From the NCBI GenBank assembly GCA_044440125.1, contig JBITAJ010000009.1, positions 18,952 through 82,951 of the forward strand: a stretch of DNA of 64,000 bases, in the 5' to 3' direction. The notes under the pieces are model-generated. The model made no database searches. It was not told where the DNA came from and was given only the letters and a program-made list of their open reading frames with translations. This DNA is from Sedimentisphaeraceae bacterium JB056. GTDB taxonomy: Bacteria > Planctomycetota > Phycisphaerae > Sedimentisphaerales > Sedimentisphaeraceae. A program made the translations under genes and the position numbers. Below, in pieces: positions 38,824 through 47,903 of the stretch. Every line of letters starts with the position of its first letter. The first letter of the stretch is position 1.

Positions 38824-40743
38824 CTATTTTGGCACTTTATCGCCTATATACTCTGGGATAAGTTTCTTAACGGCTTTTACTATCTTAAGGTGGTCCTGAG
38901 TAGGAACAATACTGAAGAGTTCATCCATATATTCATAAAGCTGCTTTCTGTCAACCTGCTTGGTCTTCCATATCGCAATCTTCGGGTGATCGGTCTGAAC
39001 CATATTCTCACCTTCAATAGAAAGTTCCTCATAAAGTTTCTCGCCCGGTCTTATACCAGAAAATTCAATCTTGATTTCTTCATCCGGGGTAAAGCCGCTA
39101 AGTTTTATGAGTTCTCGAGCCAGATCAACTATTTTCACCGGCTCACCCATATCAAGCAAGAATATCTCACCGCCCTCACCCATACTCGCTGCCTGAAGAA
39201 CAAGCTGACTGGCCTCGGGAATAGTCATAAAATATCTTGTCATATCCGGATGAGTTACAGTAACAGGTCCACCGGCAGCTATCTGTGCTTTGAATATCGG
39301 TATCACCGAACCATTTGAACCAAGAACATTTCCAAACCTGACGGTAGTAAAGTTTGTCTTGCTGTTTCTGTCAAGATCCTGAACATACATCTCTGCAATT
39401 CGTTTTGATGACCCCATCAAACTTGTCGGATTAACAGCTTTGTCAGTACTTATCATAACAAAGTCCGTAACACCATATTTATCAGACATGTCAGCAAGAT
39501 TTTTCGTACCCATTACATTATTCTTAAAAGCCTCTCCAGGATTAGCTTCCATCAGTGGGACATGTTTATGTGCCGCGGCATGAACGATAACTTCCGGACT
39601 GTAAGTAGAAAAAACATTTTCTATTCTGTCGCGATCAATTATATCGGCAATGATGCTCTTGAATACAACACTTGGGTATTTTTTCTTCAGTTCTGCATCG
39701 ATAAAAAAGAGTGGGTTTTCAGCCTGCTCTAAAAGAAGAAGCGTTGATGGACCAAAATTGCATATCTGGCGACACATCTCTGAGCCGATCGACCCACCTG
39801 CACCTGTAACAAGTATTGTCTTGCCGTTAAGGAACTTTCTTATATTTTCACTGTCGAGCTTGATTTCATCACGCCCAAGCAAGTCGGCAATCTCTACATC
39901 TCTCATCTGAGTAACGCTAAGTCTTCCGCTTGCTATATCAGTTATAGATGGTACTGTGACACATTTAACTTTGGCATCTTCACATGTTCTGATGATTTTC
40001 TTGATCTGCGGGCGCGGAGCACTTGGTATAGCAATTGCCACTTCGTCAACGTCATACTTGCTGCACAAAGCGGGAATATCGTTTATAGTACCCTGCACAC
40101 TATAACCATGTATGCTTATCTTTTGTTTATTAGGACTATCATCAACAAAACCGATAAGCCTGTATTTACGTACTTTAGATTTAAGAATCTCACGCGCAAG
40201 AGCCTCTCCGGCATCTCCGGCACCGGCAATGAGGAGTTTTGTTGCATCCTCTGCTTCCTGAGATTTGAAATCTTCGTGATAAAGCCGTATCAAAAGTCTT
40301 AATGCGGACAAGGCCATGATAGTTATTATCATGTCAAGTATCATAAGGCCTTGATTGACATTTTCCAAAAGTGCAAGATGGGAATGAAGCGGCTTAACTA
40401 TCATGATCATATACCAGGAAACAGCAATAGTTATACAACTCACTATCGATGCTGAAAATATTCCAAATAAATCACTGATACTTACGTAACGCCACCATCC
40501 TGTATACTGGCCAAAAAGCCAGAAAATAACCAGTTTTATCAAAGAGAAAAATATGAAAGAAGGAATAAACTCAGTTTTAATCCAAACTCTAGAGATATTC
40601 ATATTGTGCATTATGCATAAAGAGAAAAACAGCGATAGAGCAAACACTGAAATATGCACAAGAACAACAATAGGCCTTCTATGCTTCAACAACAAACCGG
40701 CCGGATTTCGTTCATCATAAAATGAATATAAATTTTTACTCAA
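38824..40743 (-). CDS. CapD/PglF-type UDP-GlcNAc 4,6-dehydratase
   Basis: Four N-terminal TMs, LVTGAGGSIGSE, HAAAHKHVPLME, STDKAVNP, RFGNVLGSNGSV, RPGEKLYEEL. Confidence 0.93.
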   Translation of the reverse strand: MSKNLYSFYDERNPAGLLLKHRRPIVVLVHISVFALSLFFSLCIMHNMNISRVWIKTEFIPSFIFFSLIKLVIFWLFGQYTGWWRYVSISDLFGIFSASIVSCITIAVSWYMIMIVKPLHSHLALLENVNQGLMILDMIITIMALSALRLLIRLYHEDFKSQEAEDATKLLIAGAGDAGEALAREILKSKVRKYRLIGFVDDSPNKQKISIHGYSVQGTINDIPALCSKYDVDEVAIAIPSAPRPQIKKIIRTCEDAKVKCVTVPSITDIASGRLSVTQMRDVEIADLLGRDEIKLDSENIRKFLNGKTILVTGAGGSIGSEMCRQICNFGPSTLLLLEQAENPLFFIDAELKKKYPSVVFKSIIADIIDRDRIENVFSTYSPEVIVHAAAHKHVPLMEANPGEAFKNNVMGTKNLADMSDKYGVTDFVMISTDKAVNPTSLMGSSKRIAEMYVQDLDRNSKTNFTTVRFGNVLGSNGSVIPIFKAQIAAGGPVTVTHPDMTRYFMTIPEASQLVLQAASMGEGGEIFLLDMGEPVKIVDLARELIKLSGFTPDEEIKIEFSGIRPGEKLYEELSIEGENMVQTDHPKIAIWKTKQVDRKQLYEYMDELFSIVPTQDHLKIVKAVKKLIPEYIGDKVPK

Positions 40744-40802
40744 AGCACACCTACTGAATATTTACAACTGGTAATAGAACTAAATACGAGCAAAAAAAGA
40801 TC

Positions 40803-40847
40803 AAAAAAATTAAACTGTCGCAGGCTTGACACCCGCGACAGTTTTTT
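40803..40847 (-). terminator. Intrinsic terminator after lysC
   Basis: AAACTGTCGC...GCGACAGTTT stem flanked by A/T runs. Confidence 0.7.
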
Positions 40848-40849
40848 AA

Positions 40850-42085
40850 TTACATTGATCTTTTTTCTGAAGGTTTATCGAGCTCGAAAGCATCACAGAT
40901 AACTTCAAGAGCATTATCAGCCTGCTCCTTATCAATTATACAGCTTATCCTGATCTCACTTGTAGTAATTGAGTCAATATTGATCTTAGCATCTGCAAGA
41001 GCAGAGAACATAGTATTTGCAACACCACAATGTGTTCGCATACCAATACCTACAATACTGACCTCAGCAATATCTTCACGAACGAAAATATCCTTGCAAT
41101 CAAGCTCCGCTTTAAGAGACTTTATGGTCTTCTGAGCATCAGCCAATTCAGACTTAGCAACAGTAAACGAAAGGTTTGCAATCTTCTCATCAACCTCCGT
41201 TTGTATAATATCGTTAACACTTACCTTGGCTGCTCCAAGTTTTGCGAATATCATCGCCGCATTACCCGGATTATTTGCTATTCCAACAAGTGATATCTTC
41301 GCCAGGTCAGACTGTACGGTTGCACCTGATACTAAAATTCCTTCCATTTGTGGCACCTCGTGAGTGATTAATGTTCCTTCTTTTTCTTCGCTGCTGCTGC
41401 GAACATGTATAGCTACGTCATATTTCTTGCCGAACTCTATCGCACGCCCATGCATTACTCCTGCACCAAGGCTTGCCATCTCAAGCATCTCATCGTAGCT
41501 TATTTGATCTATTTTAACGGCTTTTTTATATTTACGCGGATCTGTTGTATAGACACCATCAACATCTGTAAATATTTCGCACTGCTCTGCTTCTACTGAT
41601 GCCGCAAGAGCTACCGCACTTGTATCCGAGCCGCCTCTTCCGAGAGTCGTTATGTTTCCAAATTCATCAACTCCCTGGAAACCGGCAACGATAACGATAT
41701 AACCCTCATCGAGCTTAGCTTTTATTACATCGCCGCCAATACTTTCAATCCTTGCTTTACTATGAGAACTGTCGGTGATCATTTTCACCTGACCGCCTGT
41801 AAAGCTTATCGCCTTATAGCCCATATCATCAAGAGCCATTGCGATAAGAGAAACTGTCTGCTGCTCACCTGTACTGAGCAATTGATCCATTTCTCTTTTA
41901 GGTGGATTGGTGTTCAGTTCAAGAGCATCCGCTATCAAATGGTCGGTCTGCTTACCTCTTGCAGAGGCAACCATCACTACCTGATAGCCTTGCTCATACC
42001 TCTGTATTGCACGTTTTGCCGCACGACGTATCTTTTCTGCGTCCGCGACAGAAGTGCCGCCAAATTTTTGAACAATTACTGCCAT
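40850..42085 (-). CDS. lysC: Aspartate kinase
   Basis: VQKFGGTSV, TTLGRGGSDTSA, TDVDGVYTTDP, two ACT domains. Confidence 0.95.
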   Translation of the reverse strand: MAVIVQKFGGTSVADAEKIRRAAKRAIQRYEQGYQVVMVASARGKQTDHLIADALELNTNPPKREMDQLLSTGEQQTVSLIAMALDDMGYKAISFTGGQVKMITDSSHSKARIESIGGDVIKAKLDEGYIVIVAGFQGVDEFGNITTLGRGGSDTSAVALAASVEAEQCEIFTDVDGVYTTDPRKYKKAVKIDQISYDEMLEMASLGAGVMHGRAIEFGKKYDVAIHVRSSSEEKEGTLITHEVPQMEGILVSGATVQSDLAKISLVGIANNPGNAAMIFAKLGAAKVSVNDIIQTEVDEKIANLSFTVAKSELADAQKTIKSLKAELDCKDIFVREDIAEVSIVGIGMRTHCGVANTMFSALADAKINIDSITTSEIRISCIIDKEQADNALEVICDAFELDKPSEKRSM

Positions 42086-42185
42086 TTTTATCCTTTTTAT
42101 TATTTTAATCAGTGTTAATCAATCTGGCAGAGACTTAAACTAACCGTTAGCCAAACCTCAAACCACTAACTACTGATAACGATTC

Positions 42186-43373
42186 TTATCTTTTAACAAA
42201 ATATTCCATCAGCTCATAGCCTTGTTTGATCACAAAACCTGATTCTTTAGCATTTTGTTCTGAGAAAGGCTTTTGCATTCTGGATTCAATCTCCGCACCT
42301 CCAATAACAACCGGAACCGGATCGCTTGTATGCCCCCTTGTAGCGACAGGCGTAGGATGATCAGGCATCACCATCATTCTCCAGTCACCATATTTTTCCA
42401 ATTCCTCAATAAGCGGGCCTACAACTTTTGCATCTATCCTTTCCAAAGCCGTCTTTTTCAGCTCTGCATCACCGCTATGACCAGCTTCATCAGGCCCTTC
42501 AAGGTGAACAAAAACAAAATCATGATCCTTCAAAGCATCTATGGCTGCCTGAGTCTTACCTTCATAATTAGTATCGGCAAGACCTGTCGCCCCTTCAACC
42601 TCAATGACATCAAGACCAGTAAGTTTTGCTATGCCTCTTACAAGATCAACAGCAGTTATCGCCGCTCCCTTAAGACCATATTTTGTCTCAAAAATCTCCA
42701 TACTTGCCTTGGTTCCCTGCCCCCAAAGCCATATAGAGCTTACGGGATTTTCCCCAAGATCCTGCCTTACACGGTTGACATCACATTCTGCTATAAGTTC
42801 CTGAGAACGCTCCATCAGATCCTTGATAAAATCAGCACCTTCACCTTTTGGGAGAATATCCTCTACAGCAGAGCCAATCACATCATGAGGCGGTATTGTC
42901 TCAAGATCAAAATTTATTCCGCTTATAACGCACAGATGTCTATAGCTGACACCGGGATAAAACGTAACATTTTCGCTGCCAAGATTAGCCTGAAGCAATT
43001 CAACTATCTGCCTGCCCTCTTCGGTCGAGATATGACCGGCGCTGTGATCTGCCATCTTGTCATCGGCAAAAGTCACTAAATTACACCTGAAGACAAACTG
43101 GTCCTCATCAAGCTCGATATCCTGAGCCACCGCTTCAATCGGTGCCCTGCCTGTATAAAACTGTTTAGGGTCATAACCGAGAAGCGTCATCTGTGCAACA
43201 TCGCTGCCGGGAGTCATTCCCTCGGGAATGGTATGTACAAGAGCCAACCTGCCGTTCTCCGAAAGCTTATCAATGTTCGGTATATCTGCCGCTTCAATAA
43301 CAGTCTTACCATCAAACATCTCTATCGGATCATCAGCCGCACCATCAGGCACTATTATAACATATTTTCTCAA
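42186..43373 (-). CDS. ApgM-type cofactor-independent phosphoglycerate mutase family protein (proposed homoserine kinase subfamily)
   Basis: PDGAAD, PGSDVA, AFR-like VFRCN, DEAGH, PDHPTP; lies between hom and lysC. Confidence 0.88.
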   Translation of the reverse strand: MRKYVIIVPDGAADDPIEMFDGKTVIEAADIPNIDKLSENGRLALVHTIPEGMTPGSDVAQMTLLGYDPKQFYTGRAPIEAVAQDIELDEDQFVFRCNLVTFADDKMADHSAGHISTEEGRQIVELLQANLGSENVTFYPGVSYRHLCVISGINFDLETIPPHDVIGSAVEDILPKGEGADFIKDLMERSQELIAECDVNRVRQDLGENPVSSIWLWGQGTKASMEIFETKYGLKGAAITAVDLVRGIAKLTGLDVIEVEGATGLADTNYEGKTQAAIDALKDHDFVFVHLEGPDEAGHSGDAELKKTALERIDAKVVGPLIEELEKYGDWRMMVMPDHPTPVATRGHTSDPVPVVIGGAEIESRMQKPFSEQNAKESGFVIKQGYELMEYFVKR

Positions 43374-44689
43374 ACGTTATCCTCCGGTATATCAACTATC
43401 TGTATGCAAACCGGTTTATCAGCAACGATATCAAGCTTGCATATAGCATCAATAGCATCCTCAACTTCTCTCTGAGTAGTAAAGTGAGTTGTCATCATCA
43501 CAGGTACATAATTTTCAGGGGCTTGGCCTTCATGCTGCAATGCACCTGAAATACTTATATTGAATTTACCGAGAGTTTCGGCTATTTTAGCAAATACACC
43601 CGGCTTATCCAAAGCATTCAGTCTGATATAATATCTCGATGAAGCATCCTTTATATCGGCAAGTACCTTTTGTGCATCTTGCTTTGGCTTCATTACGATA
43701 GTATCAAACAAACGTTTTGAGTTTCCATTACCTATCTCGATAATATCAGCTACAACAGCACTTGCCGTAGGCATCATTCCGGCCCCGCGTCCATAGAACA
43801 TAGTGTGTCCAACCGCATCGCCAAAAACACTTACGGCATTGAAAGGACCACCTACCTGGGCAATCATCTCGTCATCAGCAATAAATGCAGGCACGACTCT
43901 CAGCCATATTCGGCCATCTTCACTCTTCTCTGCAATACCAAGAAGCTTGAGAGCATAACCCATTTCTTCGCCGCGTCTTATGTCATTTATCGATATACTT
44001 TCGATACCCTCTACATATACATCGTCGAATTCGATTTCATAACCGAATGCAATAGAGGCAAGAATAGCAAGCTTATGACCACTGTCACCGCCGTTTATAT
44101 CAAGCGTTGGATCAGCTTCAGCATAACCCAAATCTTGTGCAGCTTTTAGGGCTACAGGGAAATCGGCTCCGCTTTTGGCCATACTCGTCAGTATATAATT
44201 ACAGGTACCGTTCAAGATACCGTATATTTTCTCTATTCTATTAGCCGCAAGACCACTTCTCAGAGCAGAAACAACGGGTATACCGCCGGCACAACTTGCC
44301 TCAAAAGCGATACACTTGCCATTTTCCCGAGCTACTCTGTAAAGTTCTATGCCATGCTTTGCAAGAAGTGCTTTATTCGCAGTTACAACATTCTTACCTT
44401 TATTTAAAAGATTTATTTGCAAGTCTTTAGCAAAAGTAGTACCGCCTACAAGCTCAATAGCAACATCTATTTGCTCATCACCAAGTATCGCATCAAGATC
44501 GGATGTAAGCATTCCTTCAGGCAATGTAACAGGTCTTGGCGTCGTGGTATCGAGATCGACAACCTTTGTCAACTCAATATCAACGCCTGTTTTCTCTTCA
44601 ATTTCAGCTCTTTGCTCAAGCAGTATCTTAGCTACTCCGCTACCCACCGTACCAAAGCCTATTAGTCCGACTTTAACTTTTTTCGACAT
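43370..44689 (-). CDS. hom: Homoserine dehydrogenase with ACT domain
   Basis: GFGTVGSG, VVTANKA, FEASCAGGIP, GILNGTCNYIL, GYAEADP, GRGAG. Confidence 0.96.
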   Translation of the reverse strand: MSKKVKVGLIGFGTVGSGVAKILLEQRAEIEEKTGVDIELTKVVDLDTTTPRPVTLPEGMLTSDLDAILGDEQIDVAIELVGGTTFAKDLQINLLNKGKNVVTANKALLAKHGIELYRVARENGKCIAFEASCAGGIPVVSALRSGLAANRIEKIYGILNGTCNYILTSMAKSGADFPVALKAAQDLGYAEADPTLDINGGDSGHKLAILASIAFGYEIEFDDVYVEGIESISINDIRRGEEMGYALKLLGIAEKSEDGRIWLRVVPAFIADDEMIAQVGGPFNAVSVFGDAVGHTMFYGRGAGMMPTASAVVADIIEIGNGNSKRLFDTIVMKPKQDAQKVLADIKDASSRYYIRLNALDKPGVFAKIAETLGKFNISISGALQHEGQAPENYVPVMMTTHFTTQREVEDAIDAICKLDIVADKPVCIQIVDIPEDNV

Positions 44690-45050
44690 AATTCTTTTAA
44701 TTCCATTATCGAGGTATCAAATACCATTAAAACTCTTTTTATGCCCTATTTTCAGCTTTCACCGAGCGCAAAACCGCTGATATAACAGAACACAGTATAA
44801 ACCTCAGAGTTTATACAAATTTCGCAAATTATCAAGTTTTTTTAAATTTCTATAACAATGTAAGACTAAAAACCAAACCCATTTCAGACAAATGTTTATA
44901 GTTTTTCCAATCACTATATAATGATTTCCTTATACACTATCAAATTTCAGCTAAAATCAAGTTAAAATTTTGATAAATTGCAAGGTTTTTGCCCTGTAAA
45001 CATTAAACCAGTACAAAACACAATTCAGTGATCAATCCAGGCATATCTGC

Positions 45051-45641
45051 TTAGAAACCTCTCCATTTGAGGTTCAGTATTGAACTGTATTCCGATTGTC
45101 CCTCAGCAACTCGTGAAATCTCATGTTGCAAATCAATGTTAAGCAAATCATAAAGCGGCTGCTGAACGTCTTTGACTGATTTTATCGCATTGCAAATAAG
45201 CCTATCCCATTGAGGATAATACATGTCTATGTCAGTAACACAAACCTTGCGCCTGCAACTTTCACAGCCACAGTCAACATCAAATTCTTCCTGAACATTA
45301 AGCAAGCCATATTCGGTAGTAATTTGCTCCCCTGCTCTTATATCACGAACAACAATCTCAAAGCCATAATCAGTCATCATAGTATTGGCAAAACAGCTGT
45401 GATTAAGATATTTAGCGTTATCCCAGCTTAAAACAAAATCACCATTTTTATTGCGATACATATATCTTTCAGCATTAGATATAAGTATGGCACTTAATTG
45501 GGCCGCGTCTTCTTTAGAAACAACGATATCAAATGGGTCCAATACAACTATTATAGTACCAACTGGGATATCTCGTGTCGCAAAAACACCAAATCCAATC
45601 TGTTCCGACACATACTGAACTCTGGTTGCCATATGCAGCAT
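45051..45641 (-). CDS. SET-domain protein-lysine methyltransferase-like protein
   Basis: GFGVFATRDI, YLNHSC, RDIRAGEQITTEY, post-SET CGCESC. Confidence 0.9.
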   Translation of the reverse strand: MLHMATRVQYVSEQIGFGVFATRDIPVGTIIVVLDPFDIVVSKEDAAQLSAILISNAERYMYRNKNGDFVLSWDNAKYLNHSCFANTMMTDYGFEIVVRDIRAGEQITTEYGLLNVQEEFDVDCGCESCRRKVCVTDIDMYYPQWDRLICNAIKSVKDVQQPLYDLLNIDLQHEISRVAEGQSEYSSILNLKWRGF

Positions 45642-45662
45642 TTTCAGTCTCCAGACAAAACA

Positions 45663-47621
45663 TTAAAAGAGTAACGTTGGTATATTCCGTTCCTGCTCTA
45701 TGCGATTCAAAAAGGAATTCATTATTCTGACGTACAGTTCTTCCTTTAGAACAGCATCCTCTATTCCGGCATCAATATTAGGGTTGTCATTTATCTCTAT
45801 GACACAAGCCGAGCCATTAATATCCTTTAGATCTACTCCATAAAGCCCATTTCCTATCAGCGAAGACGCCTTTACCGCAGTTTGAAGTATATGTAACGGC
45901 ACCTCATCAAGCGGCAAAGTATGAGAGCGGCCAGAGAATTCAGTATCATCCTTATTATTCCAGTTATATATCTGCCAATGTCCCTGTGCCATATAATATT
46001 TGCAGGCGAAAAGCGGATTATTGTCCAGAACACCTATCCTCCAGTCAAAATCAGTTTCAATAAACTCCTGCGCAATAACGAGTTCGGCAGTCTTAAACAT
46101 CAGATTCAGCTTTTCTCTCATCTCTTCCGAATAATTCACCTTGAATACTCCCATAGAAAAAGAGCTTTCAGGCATTTTCAGCACCAGAGGAAAATTAAAG
46201 CCACTTAAAAACTGATGTGATATATTGCCCTTGCAAATTTGCCATGACCGCGGCTGCTTAATACCGCTTCTTGCCAGTCTCTCATAAAGATATATCTTGT
46301 TCGAACACCTCAAAATCGACCACGGATCATCCATAACGACCAAACCTTCGGTATAGGCTCTTCTTGCGAATTTATACGTATGATTTCCAACAGATGTTGT
46401 TTCACGAATAAAAAGAGCATCAAACTCGCATATTCTGCTGTAATCATGCCGTGTTATGAATTCTGCAAAAAAACCAAGCTTTTCTGCAGCATCTTTGAGC
46501 CTGTTAAGAGCCCTGCTGCATGAAGGAGGTGTTGCTTCCTCTGGGTTTACAAGAATAGCAAGATCGTATTTATAACGCTTCAACGGTGCCTTTATTAGAG
46601 ATTTCTTTTGGAAATAACGAGGGGCGATAATCGATATCTCTCTGGAATAATGACGAATCACATTATTAAAAGTCAAGGCTTCAATCTTTTTTACCCGCCA
46701 CTTCTTATTCTTAGCAAAACTTATCCTGAAAAGAGGCATTTCAAAGAGGGAACTCAACTTTTTAGCAATATCAGAGAATCCCGGAGTCGGAGTGTCGGAA
46801 AAAAATATATTCAACTCAAACTCATTGGACTCGATCTTATCAAATCGTTTCTGTAATACGCCATCTATATCATCAACAAGACTTTGTGCAATAGATACAT
46901 TAGAGAAATCCTTTATCCCGATTACACTGGGTGATATCTTATGGTTGCGGGCCGATGCCAGCAAAGATACATAGTATCCAAGAGTGTGATTTTTGTAGGA
47001 ATTACATAGATTCAAGACCCTGAATCGCTCAGAATCCTGATACTTTTGGTCTGTAAGATACTCTCTTGGAGAGATAACGTCTGTATTATCGAGAGGTATA
47101 TCCCATAGCTTCGGCTTATTTGTTACAATAATTGTCCGATCCGGCTGACTGCACCTTTGACCAGTCAGCAGCTTTTTCATCATTTTAACCGCATGCTGGT
47201 TTTCCGCATAATAATGCTCAACAATACCGGCAGTAACAAAACCAAACTTTTGATACCACTGGATGAGTTCTTTATTGGCCGCATCAGCTTCAAGAGAAAC
47301 CTTCTCAAAATTGTTAATACCGGCAAACTCAATTATGTGATTGATCAGCTTCTCACCAAGACCATGTCCTTGAAATTCAGGCAATACCGCAATAGAATAG
47401 ATGCGGATTGACTTTTTGTAACTCATTATTATAGCTGCGCCTGCCTGCAGAGGTTTGGAGGAATCAGCCAACTCTATTATTACTACCTGCTGGGTAGGAC
47501 TTGATAAACTTAGATGGAGAGATCTTCGATTGCTTCGAAAATGAGGAGAAAAGCAGGTATTTTCAATATGCTCAAGGAAATCAAGATCATCAGGGATCGC
47601 ATTCCTAATTAGTGTTTTCAT
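45663..47621 (-). CDS. GNAT acetyltransferase fused to RLAN + RimK-like ATP-grasp ligase
   Basis: RimI-like GNAT (SIAVLPEFQGHGLG...WYQKFGF), RLAN (NLCNSY...GYYVSLLASARNH), ATP-grasp (LVLKMPESSFSMGV, QEFI, DWRIGVL, YGVDLK, IEINDNPN). Confidence 0.88.
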   Translation of the reverse strand: MKTLIRNAIPDDLDFLEHIENTCFSPHFRSNRRSLHLSLSSPTQQVVIIELADSSKPLQAGAAIIMSYKKSIRIYSIAVLPEFQGHGLGEKLINHIIEFAGINNFEKVSLEADAANKELIQWYQKFGFVTAGIVEHYYAENQHAVKMMKKLLTGQRCSQPDRTIIVTNKPKLWDIPLDNTDVISPREYLTDQKYQDSERFRVLNLCNSYKNHTLGYYVSLLASARNHKISPSVIGIKDFSNVSIAQSLVDDIDGVLQKRFDKIESNEFELNIFFSDTPTPGFSDIAKKLSSLFEMPLFRISFAKNKKWRVKKIEALTFNNVIRHYSREISIIAPRYFQKKSLIKAPLKRYKYDLAILVNPEEATPPSCSRALNRLKDAAEKLGFFAEFITRHDYSRICEFDALFIRETTSVGNHTYKFARRAYTEGLVVMDDPWSILRCSNKIYLYERLARSGIKQPRSWQICKGNISHQFLSGFNFPLVLKMPESSFSMGVFKVNYSEEMREKLNLMFKTAELVIAQEFIETDFDWRIGVLDNNPLFACKYYMAQGHWQIYNWNNKDDTEFSGRSHTLPLDEVPLHILQTAVKASSLIGNGLYGVDLKDINGSACVIEINDNPNIDAGIEDAVLKEELYVRIMNSFLNRIEQERNIPTLLF

Positions 47622-47830
47622 TTTTTGCCTATCAGCAATATAGGAATTTCGGGCAACCAAACAATACGTACTACATTGCAACGATCGTTTAGCTGAAATA
47701 ACCCTCTTGAGTCGTCCTTTTCAATAAACTCAATTTAATTCTCATATTCGGAATTATAAATAATGTCCTATGATTTTGAAATAGGCTTTCGCAATATTCT
47801 GCAAATTTTTATTGCGGGCAGAATTTAAAT

Positions 47831-47890
47831 AACGCAAGGCCGCCAAGCCGCTAAGCAACTATATAAATAGCGTCTTCACAGCCTTGCGTT
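47831..47890. repeat. Palindrome with ~8-nt-periodic CGC units; possibly also a terminator
   Basis: AACGCAAGGC...GCCTTGCGTT perfect 10-bp arms, with internal ccgccaag ccgctaag units. Confidence 0.6.
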
Positions 47891-47903
47891 GATCTTTTGT
47901 GAA

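Noticed and set aside
42130..42185. Weak 7-nt periodicity between apgM-like and lysC
   Set aside because: Too degenerate to distinguish from chance by eye.
42273..43079. 268-aa plus-strand ORF
   Set aside because: Antisense shadow of the apgM-family gene with no recognisable motifs.
44690..45050. Lysine riboswitch or Thr leader peptide upstream of hom
   Set aside because: No recognisable riboswitch core or Thr/Ile-rich leader ORF was seen; the region is AT-rich spacer with one weak stem.
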